From assembly GCA_951406725.2 (NCBI GenBank), contig OX597817.1:168578001-168642000 (forward strand): a DNA stretch of 64,000 nt, given 5' to 3'. Below are positions 12,268 through 26,900 of the stretch, piece by piece. Below the pieces are notes generated by a model. That model saw only the letters and a program-made list of their open reading frames with translations, made no database searches and was not told where the DNA came from. Within the stretch, counting starts at the first letter, position 1; each line of letters starts with the position of its first letter. Source of the DNA: Octopus vulgaris. Its lineage: Eukaryota. The position numbers and the translations under genes are program-made.

Positions 12268-12760
12268 CATCATCATCATCATCATCATCCTCATCGTTTA
12301 ATGTCCGCTTTCCATGCTAGCATGGGTTGGACGATTTGACTGAGGTCTGGTGAACCAGATGGCTGCACCAGACTCCAATCTGATCTGGCAGAGTTTCTAC
12401 AGCTGGATGCCCTTTCTAATGCCAACCACCCCAAGAGTGTAGTGTGTGCTTTTATGTGCTACCGTCATGAGGGCCAGTCAGGCAGTACTGGCAATGGCCA
12501 CACTCAAATAGTGCTTTTTATGTGCCATCAGCATAGGAGCCAGTCCAGTGGCACTGGCAACGACCTCGCTCGAATGTTTTTTTACATGCCACCAGCACAA
12601 GTGCTAGTAAGGCAACGCAGGTAATGATTGTGTTCAAATGGTGTTTTAACTTGCCATCGGCACGGAGGCCAGCTTGTTGCTCTGGCAACGATCTCACTCG
12701 TATGGTACTCTTAGCACTCCAACTAGCACGGATGCCAGTCATTGAATTTGATTTCAATTT
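12268..12760 (-). mobile_element. SINE-like family A (its inner part is also positions 1-300)
   Basis: (CAT)n followed by cgtttaatgtccgctttccatgctagcatgggttgg. Confidence 0.85.
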
Positions 12761-15162
12761 CGTTCCAAAAATAAGGTTGTAGGCTTAATGTCTTTTCAGT
12801 TTTACATTTATGCAATTGTATGCAGCTCAGTTTGAACCATCTATTGAATTTCTTTGATGCAGCAATTCTGAGCAAATCAATACATGAAGAGTGGATTTTT
12901 TGCTATGTATGAGCCGAGTATAGTTTTGGCTCTTCGAGTTGTCAGTATGATGTACTGTTCGTTCGTGTGTGTATGTGCATTTAGTTTGGTGCAGTTTTGG
13001 CTCTTTTAGTAGTCAGTATGATGTATTGTTCGTTTGTGTGTGTATGTGCATTTAGTTTGGTGCAGTTTTGGCTCTTTTAGTAGTCAATGTCATTTAGTCT
13101 TCATTTTGTGTGTGTGTGCATGCATGCATGTGTATGATCAGTGAGAATACATTTGCAGTGTCAGGTCAGTGTTATTTAATATTGGCTGATTGTCACTATG
13201 GTGTAGAGTTGACTGTATGTGTGTTTGTGGTCACTACATTACAGAGTATTCTACTGTGTGTTAGCCTCGACGCAGTTTTGGCAGTGGTCAGTTTTTCTCT
13301 CTATGTGCTACCTATCTGTAGATTTGACTTTTTGTGTGTCCAGTGTGATTTAGTGTTGGCTGTACATGTGGTCATTGTGACAATGTATTGGCAGTGTGGT
13401 CAGTTGTATGTAGTGGTTGTGTGTGTTGTCAGTGTGGTGGAGTGTTGTCTGAGTGGCCAGTGTGATGTACTTATTGTCTTTGTATGTGATCGGTCAGAAG
13501 CAGACCCAGTCATTTGGTCAATGTCATGCAGGCTAGTGTAATGTATAGTTGAGTTTTTGTGTGGTCAGTTTGACCCAGATTTATCTACGAAACAGAAGCG
13601 AAACAGTTTGTTGAGACAGTCCCACTACACTGATACCTGACAATACTGAGCTTAAATCCTGTTTAGGTTAAATTGTCCTGGTGTCTACTTAATAACTTAC
13701 AACATATAAACAATAAGGACTATCACATGTTTGCATACCCACCAGTGTAGGAGTGCTCTGTGGTGCACTCTTGTAGCAGTGCGGAAATATAAGTATATGG
13801 AGCTTTTAACTGGTAGCACTTGCATGTGCAAGTTGTTTGCAAGACATCAGTATTGCCTGGCGTTGCTCGGGTTTGTTTTGACCCTTTAGAATTGGAATTT
13901 TTGAAAAGTAAAAATTTAGCATTATGTAGCTTGTTACTCTCTTTAAGTGAACATTTTTCTGGTTGAAATACACCGAAAAATGGAGACACAGCAGTCAAAA
14001 AAATCGTAAAAAATAGGGATTTTCATAGAAAAAAAGCACCTTTTTGATGTAAATAATTTTTGGTCTTAACATGGTCCGATTTGAGTTTTTTCTTCTACGG
14101 AATGAAGAGCAAGCCTTCTTCTATCATACTCTCAATTTTGGTCAACTTGCGCTGCAGGGTCTCGGAGGAGATAGTGTTAGTTGAAGTCTACCAAACCTGC
14201 CACACACAGACAATTTCAGCTTTATATATATATATAGAATTGACATTGTAGATGTAAAGTAGTATATTAATAAAGTGCAGCTGCACAATAGAACTGTTCT
14301 AAGTTCAGCTGTGCAATAGTGCAGCTCTACTTTGTTTGCATACCCACCAGTGTAGGAGTGCTCTGTGGTGCACTCTTGCAGCAGTGCAGAAATATAAGTG
14401 TATGACATTGTAGTTGTACAGTAGTACATCGATAAAGTGCAGCTGCACAATAGCACAGTTCTAAGTACAGCTGTGCAATAGTGCAGCTCTACATGTGACA
14501 AGTAATAGTATCTGTAATTGGTGCATCTGATGCAAGTCTAACTTACAGCTGCATTAACACCTATATTTCATTGCACTTTCTCTATGCATGTGTATCTGTG
14601 CAGCTGCAAAGCATGTAACAGTGTGTGTGTGTGCATGTGAGCAATGGTCTGCGTAGTGATTAATGTGTGTGCGTGCATGTGCAGTAGAGGCTGTCTTGCA
14701 CTATGTGTAATAGTGTGTGTGTGTATTGCTATGCACCTGTCACTGTATTACTGTGTGTGTGTGTGTGTGTGAGAAAGTATTACTCTGTGTGTGTGTGTGT
14801 GTGTGTGCATGTATCTCTATATGCGTATGGTTCTATCACTGTGCACTCGTCTCTATCATTTTATGTAAGTATTACTTAAATGGTATGCGTGTGTATCACT
14901 AAGTGAATGCCTGTCTATCATTGAGTGTGTGTGTGTGTGTGAGTGTGAGAGAGTATTGTTGTGTTTGTCTATGTGTGTGTGATGGTCTGTGTGTGTGTGT
15001 GTGTGTGTGTTGTTTTGTTTGTGCTTGTTACTGTATATGTATTTGTGTGCCTATTGGTGGATGTCTATGTTCTTCTATACGTGTGTGTGTGCAAGGATGT
15101 ATCTATGTATTAATTGTCTGTCTGTATGTTTGACTGACTGTCTGTCGGTCTGTCTGTCTTTG

Positions 15163-15210
<48 letters not shown>

Positions 15211-15302
15211 CACGCACACATTTATATATACATATATAAGGCTATGTATTCCTGTATTTGTGTGTATGTATTTATTATATAGTGTATGTTTGTGTGAGTG
15301 TG

Positions 15303-15339
<37 letters not shown>

Positions 15340-15539
15340 TATATAGTGTATGTATGTATGTGTGTATGTATATATATATATATATACATACACACATACA
15401 TATATTTATTATATCGTGTATATATGTATGTGTGTGTGTGTGTATGTATATATATATATATATATATATATCTATCAATATCATCATCATCATCATCATC
15501 ACGTTAAACGATGATGATGATGATGATGATGATGATATT

Positions 15540-15579
<40 letters not shown>

Positions 15580-16231
15580 TGACTGTGTACTCTGAGGTCA
15601 ACTTAGCCTTTCATCCTTCTGGGGTTGATAAAATAAGTACCAGTTGAGAACTGGGATCAATAATCCCCAATTGGCTAACCCATCCCCATAAAAATTTCAG
15701 GCCTTGTGCCTATAATAGAAAACATATGATTCTGTATATCTGCATGTGTGTGTATGTGTGTCAGTATATCTATGTATTATATACAGTGTATGTGTTTATG
15801 TATGCTGATATGACTGTATGTTGGTGTGTGTGTGTATGTGTATGTGTGTCTTAGTGTGCATCCATATTACAGTTTGTGTGTGTGTGTGTTTATGTGTATG
15901 TCTGCTAAAATGCAGTGTCACCAAAGCTACCTACTCCACACCTAACATTACCTCCACCACTGCTACTGCCCTTACCACTACAATTACTACCTCTACATCA
16001 GCTAAACTATCAACACTGAGACCACCACCACCACCACCACCACCGCTTCTGCCACCACCACCACCACCACCAACACCACCACCACCATCTCAAAATGTCT
16101 CCCGGCATCACTGCTCTTGTTACCACACTAGAACCACAACCACCGTCAATCACATCACCACTGTGACACACTAACACTACTGCCACAACTCACTCGTTAC
16201 AAAAGCGATCGCTACCATTTCCACCACCTCC

Positions 16232-16262
<31 letters not shown>

Positions 16263-16556
16263 CCACCACCATCGCTACTATTACTATGTTGTAACCATAC
16301 CGCCGCCGCCGCCACCACCACCACCGCAACCACCACCGCCGCCACCTTCCATCCCCCACCACAACTGCCACAACCAGTGTTCCTATGCCAACAGTGACAC
16401 ACCCACCACATGTGACTGTGTACACTCCCCACCCCCCCGCAACCCTCCCACCCACCCCTCCCTCCCTTTCTCCCCTCTATACCAAATTCACTCCTCTAAT
16501 TACACCCCCACCTACTTACATAATTATATTCTTACACCTCTCATCCATCTTCCCTC

Positions 16557-16592
<36 letters not shown>

Positions 16593-16700
16593 GTATTATT
16601 TAACCATGTCATTATGCAGCCTCCTTCTACAGCCACCACCATCTCTATCAACTTTTTGACCACCATTTTGTTCTGGTGACTTCCATCATGTGACAATTTC

Positions 16701-16742
<42 letters not shown>

Positions 16743-17409
16743 TCACTCATTTGCGTGTGACTGTATATTTCAAGATGTATGTATGTATATATATGTATAT
16801 ATGTGTGTGTGTGCTAGGCAAGTTGACAGTAAAGAAGGACTTAACATGAAATAAATTGCACAGAAGAATTTTAAAGAAAGATCACTCAAGAAATGGAATC
16901 TTTGTAACTAGCCAGAAGTAGTTGACAATTTCAATTACTCAGGTGACCTAATCAGCTGCGGAGATAAATGAGTATTAGGAAGGCATTGTAGCCAGAGTAA
17001 GGATGGAGTGCTTAAAGTTCAGGAACATATTGACCTTATTTGCAACAAAAGAAATAGGGCTTCTCTCGTGGAAAAAGCAAACCTGTATCACACTTGTATA
17101 CAGAGTGATATTGGATGGTGGCCAGACACTGAGTTTAAATGTTGAGGATGTGTGAAGGATGGGAAGAAATGAAGCAGCTTTGTTCCACTGATGAGTAATG
17201 TCAACGTGCTTTGAATGATGTGAATGATAGAAATAAAGGTGAGATTAAAGAAAGATTGGATATAGGCGCAGGAGTGGCTGTGTGGTAAGTAGCTTGTTTA
17301 CCAACCACATGGTTCCAGGTTCAGTCCCACTGTGTGGTACCTTATAGCCTCGGGCTGACCAAACCCTTGTGAGTGGATTTGGTAGACGGAAACTGAAAGA
17401 AGCCCGTCG

Positions 17410-17440
<31 letters not shown>

Positions 17441-17911
17441 TGCCCCAGCATGGCCACAGCTCGTGAGCTAAAACTAGAATCAATCAATCAATCATATATG
17501 CTTGTCTCCCTAGCATTGCTTGACAACCGATGCTGGTGTGTTTATGTCCCCGTTACTTAGCGGTTCGGCAAAAGAGACCGATAGAATAAGTACTGGGTTT
17601 ACAAAAGCAGTCAAATGACTGAAACAAGTAAAAGAGTAAAAGAGTATAAGGGGATTCAGGTGTAATATGTGGATACTGGGTGAATGAGTAGAGTACCCAA
17701 ATGATTCCAATGGATGGAATCTGTGGAAGAGGAAGATCCCAAAAAGCTATGGTGAAGGTTGATTGCTGGATGTAGAACTTGTTTGAGGATTCTGTGGAAT
17801 CCACGGATGAGAAGATGCTGTGTACTGGGGTAAATTTGGGTAATGTGTACCAGCATGAAAATAAACCTGCAAAATTATGATGATGATCTCTCTTTCTCTC
17901 TCTCTTTCACT

Positions 17912-17954
<43 letters not shown>

Positions 17955-19082
17955 GCACACACAAATACACACATGCACACACACATAATAAGGCGGTGAG
18001 CTGGCAGAAGCGTTAGCACGCCGGATGAAATGCTTAGCGGTATTTCATCTGCTGTTATGTTCTGAGTTCAAATTCTGCTGAGGTCGACTTTGCCTTTCAT
18101 CCTTTCCGGGTCGATTAAATAAGTACCAGTTACGCACTGGGGTCGATGTAATCAATTTAATCCCTTTGTCTGTCCTTGTTTGTCCCCTCTATGTTTAGCC
18201 CCTTGTGGGCAATAAAGAAATAACATATATATATTTGGATTGGAAGCACTCCGTCGGTTACGACGACGAGGGTTCCGGTTGATCCGATCAACGGAACAGC
18301 CTGCTCGTGAAATTAACGTGCAAGTGGCTGAGCACTCCACAGACACGTGTACCCTTAACATAGTTCTCGGGGGATATTCAGCGTGACACAGAGAGTGACA
18401 AGGCCGGCCCTTTGAAATACAGGTACAACAGAAACAGGAAGTAAGAGTGAGAGAAAGTTGTGGTGAAAGAGTACAGCAGGGATCACCACCATCCCTGCCG
18501 GAGCCTCGTGGAGCTTTAGGTGTTTTCGCTCAATAAACTCTCACAACACCCGGTCTGGGAATCGAAACCGCGATCCTACGACCGCGAATCTGCTGCCCTA
18601 ACCACTGGGCCATTGTGCCTTCACTTATATATATATGAGACGTTTTAGTATCCAGAAGACCCAAAATGGCAGGTGAGGCTATGTAAGTGCTATGGAAAGA
18701 CCATAGTTAGACTCCCGGTTTGATAATAGTATAAGTGAAGAGTCTAATGTGGGTTGTGTTTGAGCATGTACATGTTAAAAAAAATGAGACAACACATCCA
18801 AGGCAATGTGAAATTTCTAGGACATTTATAAAGAGAAAGGTAAGATCTTGAAGACTACCTTTCTCTTTATAAATGTCCCAGAAATTTCATGCTGCCTTGG
18901 ATTTGTTGTCTTATTTTATTTTATATATATATATATATGATAGATTGCTAGCCAGTACACTTTATTTTTTATCCTTGTGTCTTTCTGTGGAAGAGCGTAG
19001 GCTCGAAACGTTAAAGACTTTTTCACTTCCTGAGCATTATACTAATACATCTTTTTTTTTTTTTTTGTGAATTCTCCCCCCC

Positions 19083-19127
<45 letters not shown>

Positions 19128-20023
19128 CATATATATATCTTATGATAAAAGGCAGATTTTCTCTGCCTGTTCTCATGTTTCTTTTTAATACAATTCTACA
19201 ATATACAATTTCTTCAATTGGAATTTACCTATGATTTTTACAAGTAGTTTCGATTGGGTCATGGCATATCAAGTTTTTTTCAATTTGACCCCCAATTAAG
19301 CAAAAATTCGAGAAAACTCAATATTTTACGATTTGCCTCTCACATTTCAAGTGGTTTACTCCTGCTATTACCACCACACTTTCTCCTACTTTCTCTTTGC
19401 AAGTGTGAAACTATTAAAGTGAAAGTATTCCCTTATTATGTGTGTGTGTGTGTGTGTATTAAAATTGCATCAATGACTTGAACTTGAATAAGTGGTTTCA
19501 CATAAATGGGGATAAATTAAAAAGGTTTGTTGTTATTATTATTACTGTTTGACTATTGTAATCACGTTTATTGGTTCCGCGTCAGGGAAACATTGTTGTG
19601 TTGCATTTGTTAAATAATTGTAAACCATAACCCTCCCCCTTTCGGAGAAGGGCTTTGGTTATTGTTTAAAAATTGAATTGTGTCCCTGTTTGGGAAAATT
19701 GACAATATTTTCACCGTCTTTACGGAAGCATTTTTGTTAAAATGCCTTCGATAGAAGAAAGTCCAAAAATGAATTTCGCTGCAGCCGTACACTTCTATAC
19801 AAGAGGGAGGACAAGATCCAATTGATCGAAATTGCAAGAGACGGGCCTACAATTCCAGTCTGTTATATATTTTGAGTATTGTTATCACTAGCGATATCAA
19901 GATATAACTTTGTATTTTGTATTTTATGTGTAGATGTATATATATATAGATGTACATGTAATATGTACACATATATATATATACACATATATACATGCAT
20001 AATATATCTACCCATACACACAT

Positions 20024-20078
<55 letters not shown>

Positions 20079-20889
20079 TAGGGGCAGGTGTGGCTGTGTG
20101 GTAACAAACTACGTTCCAAACACATGGTCCTGGGTTCATGTACATATATACATACATACATCCATACATGTGTGTGTATGTATGTGTATTAATGTGTGTG
20201 TGTTATCTCTCTCTATATAAAGCTGAAATTGTCTGTGTGTGGCAGGTTTGGTAGACTTCAAGTAACACTATCTCCTCCGAGACCCTGCAGCGCAAGTTGA
20301 CCAAAATTGAGAGTATGATAGAAGAAGGATTGCTCTTCCTTCCGTAGAAGATAAAATTCAAATCAGACCATGTTAACACCAAAAATTATTTACATCAAAA
20401 AGGTGCTTTTTTCTATGAAAATCCCTATTTTTTACGATTTTTTTTACTGCTGTGTCGCCACTTTTCGGTGTATTTCAACCAGAAAAATGTTCACTTCAAC
20501 AAGCTACATAATGCAAAATTTTTACTTTTCAAAAATTCCAATTCCAGCGGGTCGAAACAAACCCGAGCAACGCCAGGCGATACTGCTAGTATATATTAAG
20601 TGGAAAAGAAGATACAAGAAGACATAGGATGAGGTATTGACAGCTGATCGTTATGAAAGTGACAGATGACCAAGATATGTGGTGCATTGGTGTGGATGCT
20701 GGTTCCACATAAAAAGCACCCAGTAATAAACTATATAAAGTGGTTGGCATTAGGAAGGGTGTCTAGCTGTAGAAACCAAGCCAAAACAGACTATAGGACG
20801 TGGTGCACCCCCTGGCCTTACCAGTTCTTGTTAAGCTGTTCAACCCATGCCAGTATGGAAAATGGACGTTAAATTTTGATAATGATGAT

Positions 20890-20922
<33 letters not shown>

Positions 20923-21796
20923 CTCGCTTTACTCTTTTACTTGTTTCAGTCATTTGACTGTGGCCATGCTGGAGCACCGCCTTTAGTTGAGCAAATCGAC
21001 CCCAGGACTTATTCTTTGTAAGCCCAGTACTTATTCTATTGGTCTCTTTTGCCGAACCGCTAAGTGACGGGGACGTAAACACACCAGCATCGGTTGTCAA
21101 TCAATACTTGGGGGACAAACACAAACACACACACATACATATACATATATATATACATATATACGACAGGCTTCTTTCAGTTTCCGTCTACCAAATCCAC
21201 TCACAAGGCATTGGTTGGCCCGGGGCTATAGCAGAAGACACTTGCCCAAGATGCCACGCAGTGGGACTGAACCCGGAACAATGTGGTTGGTTAGCAAGCT
21301 ACTTACCTCACAGCCACTCCTTTGAACAGTTTATATATATCCCCTAGCATAAAGCTGCCCACTCTCTTCTGAGTTTATGGCCTTGCAAACTGTGTGGCAA
21401 GCTTATTAGTGCTGGTGGTATATATAAGGCCCCTAATACACACTGTAAAGTGCTTGGTGCTGCTAAGGGTGTCCAGTCATAGAAGCCATGCCAAAGTAGA
21501 CACTTGAGTGCAATGCAATCCCTGGACTCATCAGATTCTCTCAGACTATTCAAACGATACCAGCATGGAACATGGATACTTGATGACAATGATCATGTTA
21601 TATATATATATATTATAGGCGTAGGAGTGGGTGTGTGGTAAGTAGCTTGCTTACCAACCCAATGGTTCTGGGTTCAGTCCCACTGCATAGCAACTTGGGC
21701 AAGTGTCTTTTACTATAGCTTCAGGCTGACCAAAGCCTTGTGAGTGGATTTAGTGGACGGAAGCTGAAAGAAGCCCATCGTATATATGTGTGTATA

Positions 21797-21858
<62 letters not shown>

Positions 21859-22268
21859 GTGTATATATGTGTGTGTGTGTGTGTGTAAGATTTCAAATGA
21901 AAGATTGATTGAACATGCATTAGCTTAAAGTTTTTGTGCTAAAACTGTTTGCCCTTCCTGTTGCTAACCCTTACCTACTTTGCAAGTAAGGGAGTTTTCT
22001 TCCTTCTTATCATCAAGCATGCAGAGCTACTAGGAAATGTCAATATTATATATACATATACAGGGTGCGGCAGAAATACCTCCTACATTTGAAAGGTTGA
22101 CAAAAGGAAAAAGAAGCAACATTTATGAAAAATTAATTTTACTCTTGTTTAAACAAAGGGTTACAGTTTTTGTTCATTAGCTAAATGGAAACATCATTGG
22201 CACTTGCATAAGTTCATTTGCAACACATAGGTGAAAGTTTAAAACGTGGGAGGTATTTCTGCTGCACC

Positions 22269-22304
<36 letters not shown>

Positions 22305-22430
22305 CAATAATAATTCTTTAAACGAGATATAGACAGTAACTGCTCCATAACATAAGGGACATTAGCCATTTGAATGTGGCTAGGGACAGGGCAGGGCGGT
22401 GGGGGTGTTACTGATGCATTTAGCCCCAGG
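12460..22430 (+). repeat. Copy 2 of the ~10 kb duplication
   Basis: Colinear match to 1-9893; offset about 12.46-12.54 kb. Confidence 0.95.
18979..19018 (+). ncRNA. Minimal hammerhead-like motif (duplicate of 6444-6483)
   Basis: Identical sequence in duplication copy 2. Confidence 0.6.
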
Positions 22431-22505
22431 GGGCTAAATGCATCAGTAACACCCCCACCGCCCTGCCCTGTCCCTAGCCACATTCAAATGGCTAATGTCC
22501 CTTAT
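22352..22505. repeat. Perfect palindrome, 76 bp arms, 2 nt spacer
   Basis: 22352-22427 is the exact reverse complement of 22430-22505. Confidence 0.97.
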
Positions 22506-22627
22506 ATATATATATATGGTGGTAAATAGCAGTGCCCCAGCATGGCCACAGCTCGTGAGCTGAAACTAGATAGAATTTTAAAAAAATATATATATATATA
22601 TACATTCATATATATATATATGTGTGG

Positions 22628-22920
22628 GGGCACATGGCCTAGTGGTTAGAGCAGCGAACTCACGGTCGAGGGATCGCGGGTTCGAATCTCAGACCGGGCG
22701 ATATGTGTTTATGAGTGAAACATTACCTTCTGCTCCACGCAGTTCCAGCAGAAGGTAATGCTGAACTTCTGCTGACTCTTTCATCACAACTTTCTCTCAC
22801 TCTTTCGTCCTGCATTGTGCAGCTCACCTGCAATGGACAGTGTCCAGTCGAGGTGGAGAACCTATATGCCAAGGAAACCAGGAAACCGGCCCTTATGTGC
22901 CAGGCATGGCTCGAGAAGGA
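22628..22920 (+). mobile_element. tRNA-derived SINE related to family D; another copy at 60468-60755
   Basis: A box tggcctagtggttagagc and B box ggttcgaatctc. Confidence 0.8.
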
Positions 22921-23126
22921 ACAAACATATATATATGAATATAAAAATGGAGTTAATAAAAATTGGAGTTAATGCAGGTGTAATCAAATATTTTTACTTT
23001 CGACACATGTTTATAAACAAGGAAAACCAACACCTTTACTTGTGAGATTTTTGCTGCCCTGGTAACTATTTATTTATTTTTTCCGTGTTAATTGTTAACA
23101 AGGTAAAAATACACTCATCTATTATA

Positions 23127-23169
<43 letters not shown>

Positions 23170-24543
23170 TCTGACTGCTAGCATGGAAAAATATACATAA
23201 AATAAACACATTGTTATTATTTTAATGTCCACTTTTCATTTGGGTCAAATTTTCTATGCCCAGATACCCTTCCTGTCACCAGTCTTCATCTGTTTCCAAG
23301 CAAGGTAATATTTCCCCTTGGTTGGACATGTTTTCATGGAAGATTGAACACGAAGGACACAGCTTGTATGACTGTGATGCATGTTTACAACTATTACATA
23401 ATGTCAAAAGAAGGAGAGAGAGATGGACAGAAACGCATGCATGCACATGTGCACACACACACACGTGTGTATGTGTGTAATATGATGAGCTTCTTTCAGG
23501 TTCTTTTGTCAAATCCACTCACAAAGCTTTGGTAGAAGACACTTTCTGGGAATTTGAAAGAACTGTGTGAAAATAGAGTAGTTAAAGCAGTGTAGCAGTG
23601 GCCAAACTGTGGATGTTTTGCACGTTAGCTCAGTCAGTAAAATATTTTTATTGATAATAAGATAATTGTCCACAACTACTGAGTGCAGTCGGTTCACTCT
23701 TCATATATCAGTAATGAAAGTCACTTGATAGGAAGATATTGAAACCAGGGCTGCTCTGGGCAATGAGGTAATAGCAAACATTTTGCATGCTAGCTCAGTC
23801 AATAAAATATTTCTATGATTAATGAGTTATTAATTTGTCCATGATTAAAGGGTTAATTTATTTTATCTCAGCCAGCTGTTATGTGTGCTAGCTGACTCAG
23901 TAAAATATTTTTATGATTAACAGATGATTAATTTATCTTACTTCTCTCAGCATTACTCATGTCCATAAAATGTCTGCAAAGCGTTGCGTACATCTGCAGG
24001 AAATCTCTGCACTAGAAAATCCAAACCATCTCCTCATGGCTTTGGTAATGACTATTATACAAGATGACCATAACTTTCAATGTCTTCCATTTGACTGAAC
24101 TTTCTTACCATAGATCAAATGAACTTCACTGCACATGACAGTTTGTTGATAAATATCTTAACGATCATCATCATCATCATCCTTTTAACATACACTTTTC
24201 TATGCTTGCATGGGTTGGACCGCTAATGTTATCTACATTATGTAATAATGAAATTGGTGAGCTGGCAGAATCATTAGCAGACAGGGCAACATGCTTAGTG
24301 GCATTTTATCTGTCTTTATGGCCTGAGTTCAAATCCCGTTGAGGTCAACTTTGCCTTTCATCCCTTCAAGATTGATTGATAAATAAGTGTCAATTAAACA
24401 TTGGGGTCAATCTAATTGACTTATCCCCTTCCCAAAATTGCTGGCCTTGTGTCAAAATTTGAAACCAATGTTATATAACTGTAAATTTCTACTGCAAACT
24501 CTGTACTTGTTTTCTGCAAATTTACATTAACATTTATCCCCTT

Positions 24544-24581
<38 letters not shown>

Positions 24582-24685
24582 TCAACTTCCACTCTTCTGT
24601 GATTGCCTGTATCTGATGGAAGTCTGCCTCAACAAACTCTGTCTAACCCATGCAGTCATGGAGAAATGGAAGATATATATATATA

Positions 24686-25635
24686 TCATCATCATCATCA
24701 TCATCGTTTAATGTCTGCTTTCCATGTTGCATGGGTTGGACGATTTTGACTGAGGGCTGGCGAACCATATGGTTGCACCAGTCTCCAATCTTGATTTGGC
24801 AGAGTTTCTATAGCTGGATGCCCTTCCTAATGCCAACCACTCCGAGAGTGTAGTCGGTGCTTTTTACGTGCCATCGGCACGGGGGCCAGTCAGGCGGTAC
24901 TGGCAATGACCTCGCTCCAATCCTTTTACACATGCCACCAGCACAGGTGCCAGTAAGGTGACATTGGTAACGATCACGCTCGAATGGTACCCTTTTACGT
25001 ACCACTGGCATGGAAGCCAGTTGGCTGCTCTGGCAACGATCACACTCGGATGGTGCTCTTGGCACCCTACTAGCACGGGCACAAGTACCAGTAAGGCGAC
25101 GCTGGTAATGATCACGCTCGAATGGTGCCCTTTAAATGTCACTGGCACGGAAGCCGGTTAGCCGCTCTGTCAATGATTACACTCATAAGGTGCTCTTTGC
25201 ACCCTGCTAGCATGAATGCCAGTCATCGATTTTGATTTTGATTGATTTGATTTGATTTCACTTGCCTCAACAGGTCTTCGCAAGCAGAGTTTTAGTGGTG
25301 TATTTTTATAAATGATTTAAGTGACCGAGACCTTTGGTAATATACTGTACTTGAGAAGACCTCGCAAGCCAAGTGGGATCATAGTTGTGGCTGATGTTGG
25401 TGTTTCGTAATTGGTACCTCATGCCAATGGCACGTAAAAAGCTATCCCCTACATTCTTGGAGTGGTTGGCATTAGGGAGGGCATCCAGCTGTAGAAACCA
25501 TGCCAAATCAGATTGGAATGTGGTGTAGCTCCCTAGCTTGCCAGTCCTCAGTCAAACCATCCAACCCATGCCAGCACAGAAAACAGACGTTAAATGATGA
25601 TGATGATGGTGGTGATGGTGATGATGATGATGATG
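24686..25635. mobile_element. Two family A elements in opposite orientation
   Basis: (CAT)n tail at 24686 and (ATG)n tail near 25595-25635, each with family A body. Confidence 0.8.
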
Positions 25636-26659
25636 TTTTTATTTATAAATTTATATATAGTGGCTGCCAATTCAATTTCAACCATAAAACCTGTTCTCAT
25701 AGCAGATGTATTCCTGTAACAGGTTTGGTAGCAATTCTACTATGGGCCCTCAGATGATGATAGATTTTGTGATAAATTTTGCAAATGATTTCATCAACAC
25801 CTGCTCCAGTAACATGCACCAGTTCTGGTGCATTCATCCAAAATGAATTTTTAGTCCAGCAGGGATGAGCACATTTCTGGACATAAAGGATAATAGTAAT
25901 CTTCTGGGTCTATTGCATTATATACTCATAAATATCCTTTGTTGGCCTTCTGATTTGTGACCTTTCACTGATGACACATCTGGCTTTTGAAAGTGTAGCG
26001 CAACCACAGACAATATAGGTGAGATTGTCTCTGAACACTCCACTATGAAAATTTCCAATTACCTACAGTTTTTGAGCATTATGTTTTATAATTTGCTGGC
26101 CAATTAAAATTTTTTTCCAACTGCAAGCTTTTCTTCTTCCTTATTGACCACAATTCACTTCTATTCAATACAAGATATTCCCAATTAGTAATGCTGGTGT
26201 TCAAGGACTTAAGGCTGTTTTACTAAGTTTTTGAAATCTGTTTTTTTTTTTTTTTTTCATTTGTACTAGAGATGTTTATTAAGAATAATATCCTGTGTGT
26301 AATTACTTTGGAACCCTGAAGATATAATTTTATCTTCAACAAATATACGTATGCAATGTTCTTGCCCTCCTGCCCATTCCAACCCCACCAACACCTTTTC
26401 TGATAATTCTGGTTCATTGCCCTTTGTTAAGTGCCTTCTATGTATGTACATGCATATATGCCCACTCATATATATGTGTATATGTGCATATATATCAAGA
26501 CAAAAGTGAGTGCCACTGCTACCATGTAATCCAGTATAGCTTGTATCACAGTTGAATCATCTGCGGCTAAAATGGCACACCCACTAAGTATGTCTAGTGC
26601 AAGTGGTTACCAGAAGCCTAGCAAGCAAAATAGAAGACTTGTCAAGGTGCAAGCGAACC

Positions 26660-26900
26660 CAGTTTTAGGTCATGGAGCAATATCAAATAGCAAGAAGAGA
26701 AGCTAGTCAACAGATATGTTCTAAGGCGTGACAATCAGAAGCATAAAGTATTCCAGATTGCAAGGCAGTGTGCTAGTGAAACTTGAGATGTCTTTGGTGA
26801 GAAGTGATTTTAGAATGATAGTGGCACTCTTGCCCTTCCTGATGATGAAAAAGAAAGAGGCTTGGAATTGCTGATTAGCTATCAGGAGAATGTATGGGAG
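26660..26900 (+). pseudogene. RTE-clade LINE ORF fragment (EN-RT linker)
   Basis: EQYQIARREA..KVFQIARQCASET*DVFGEK..GTLAL..KKEAW. Confidence 0.55.
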
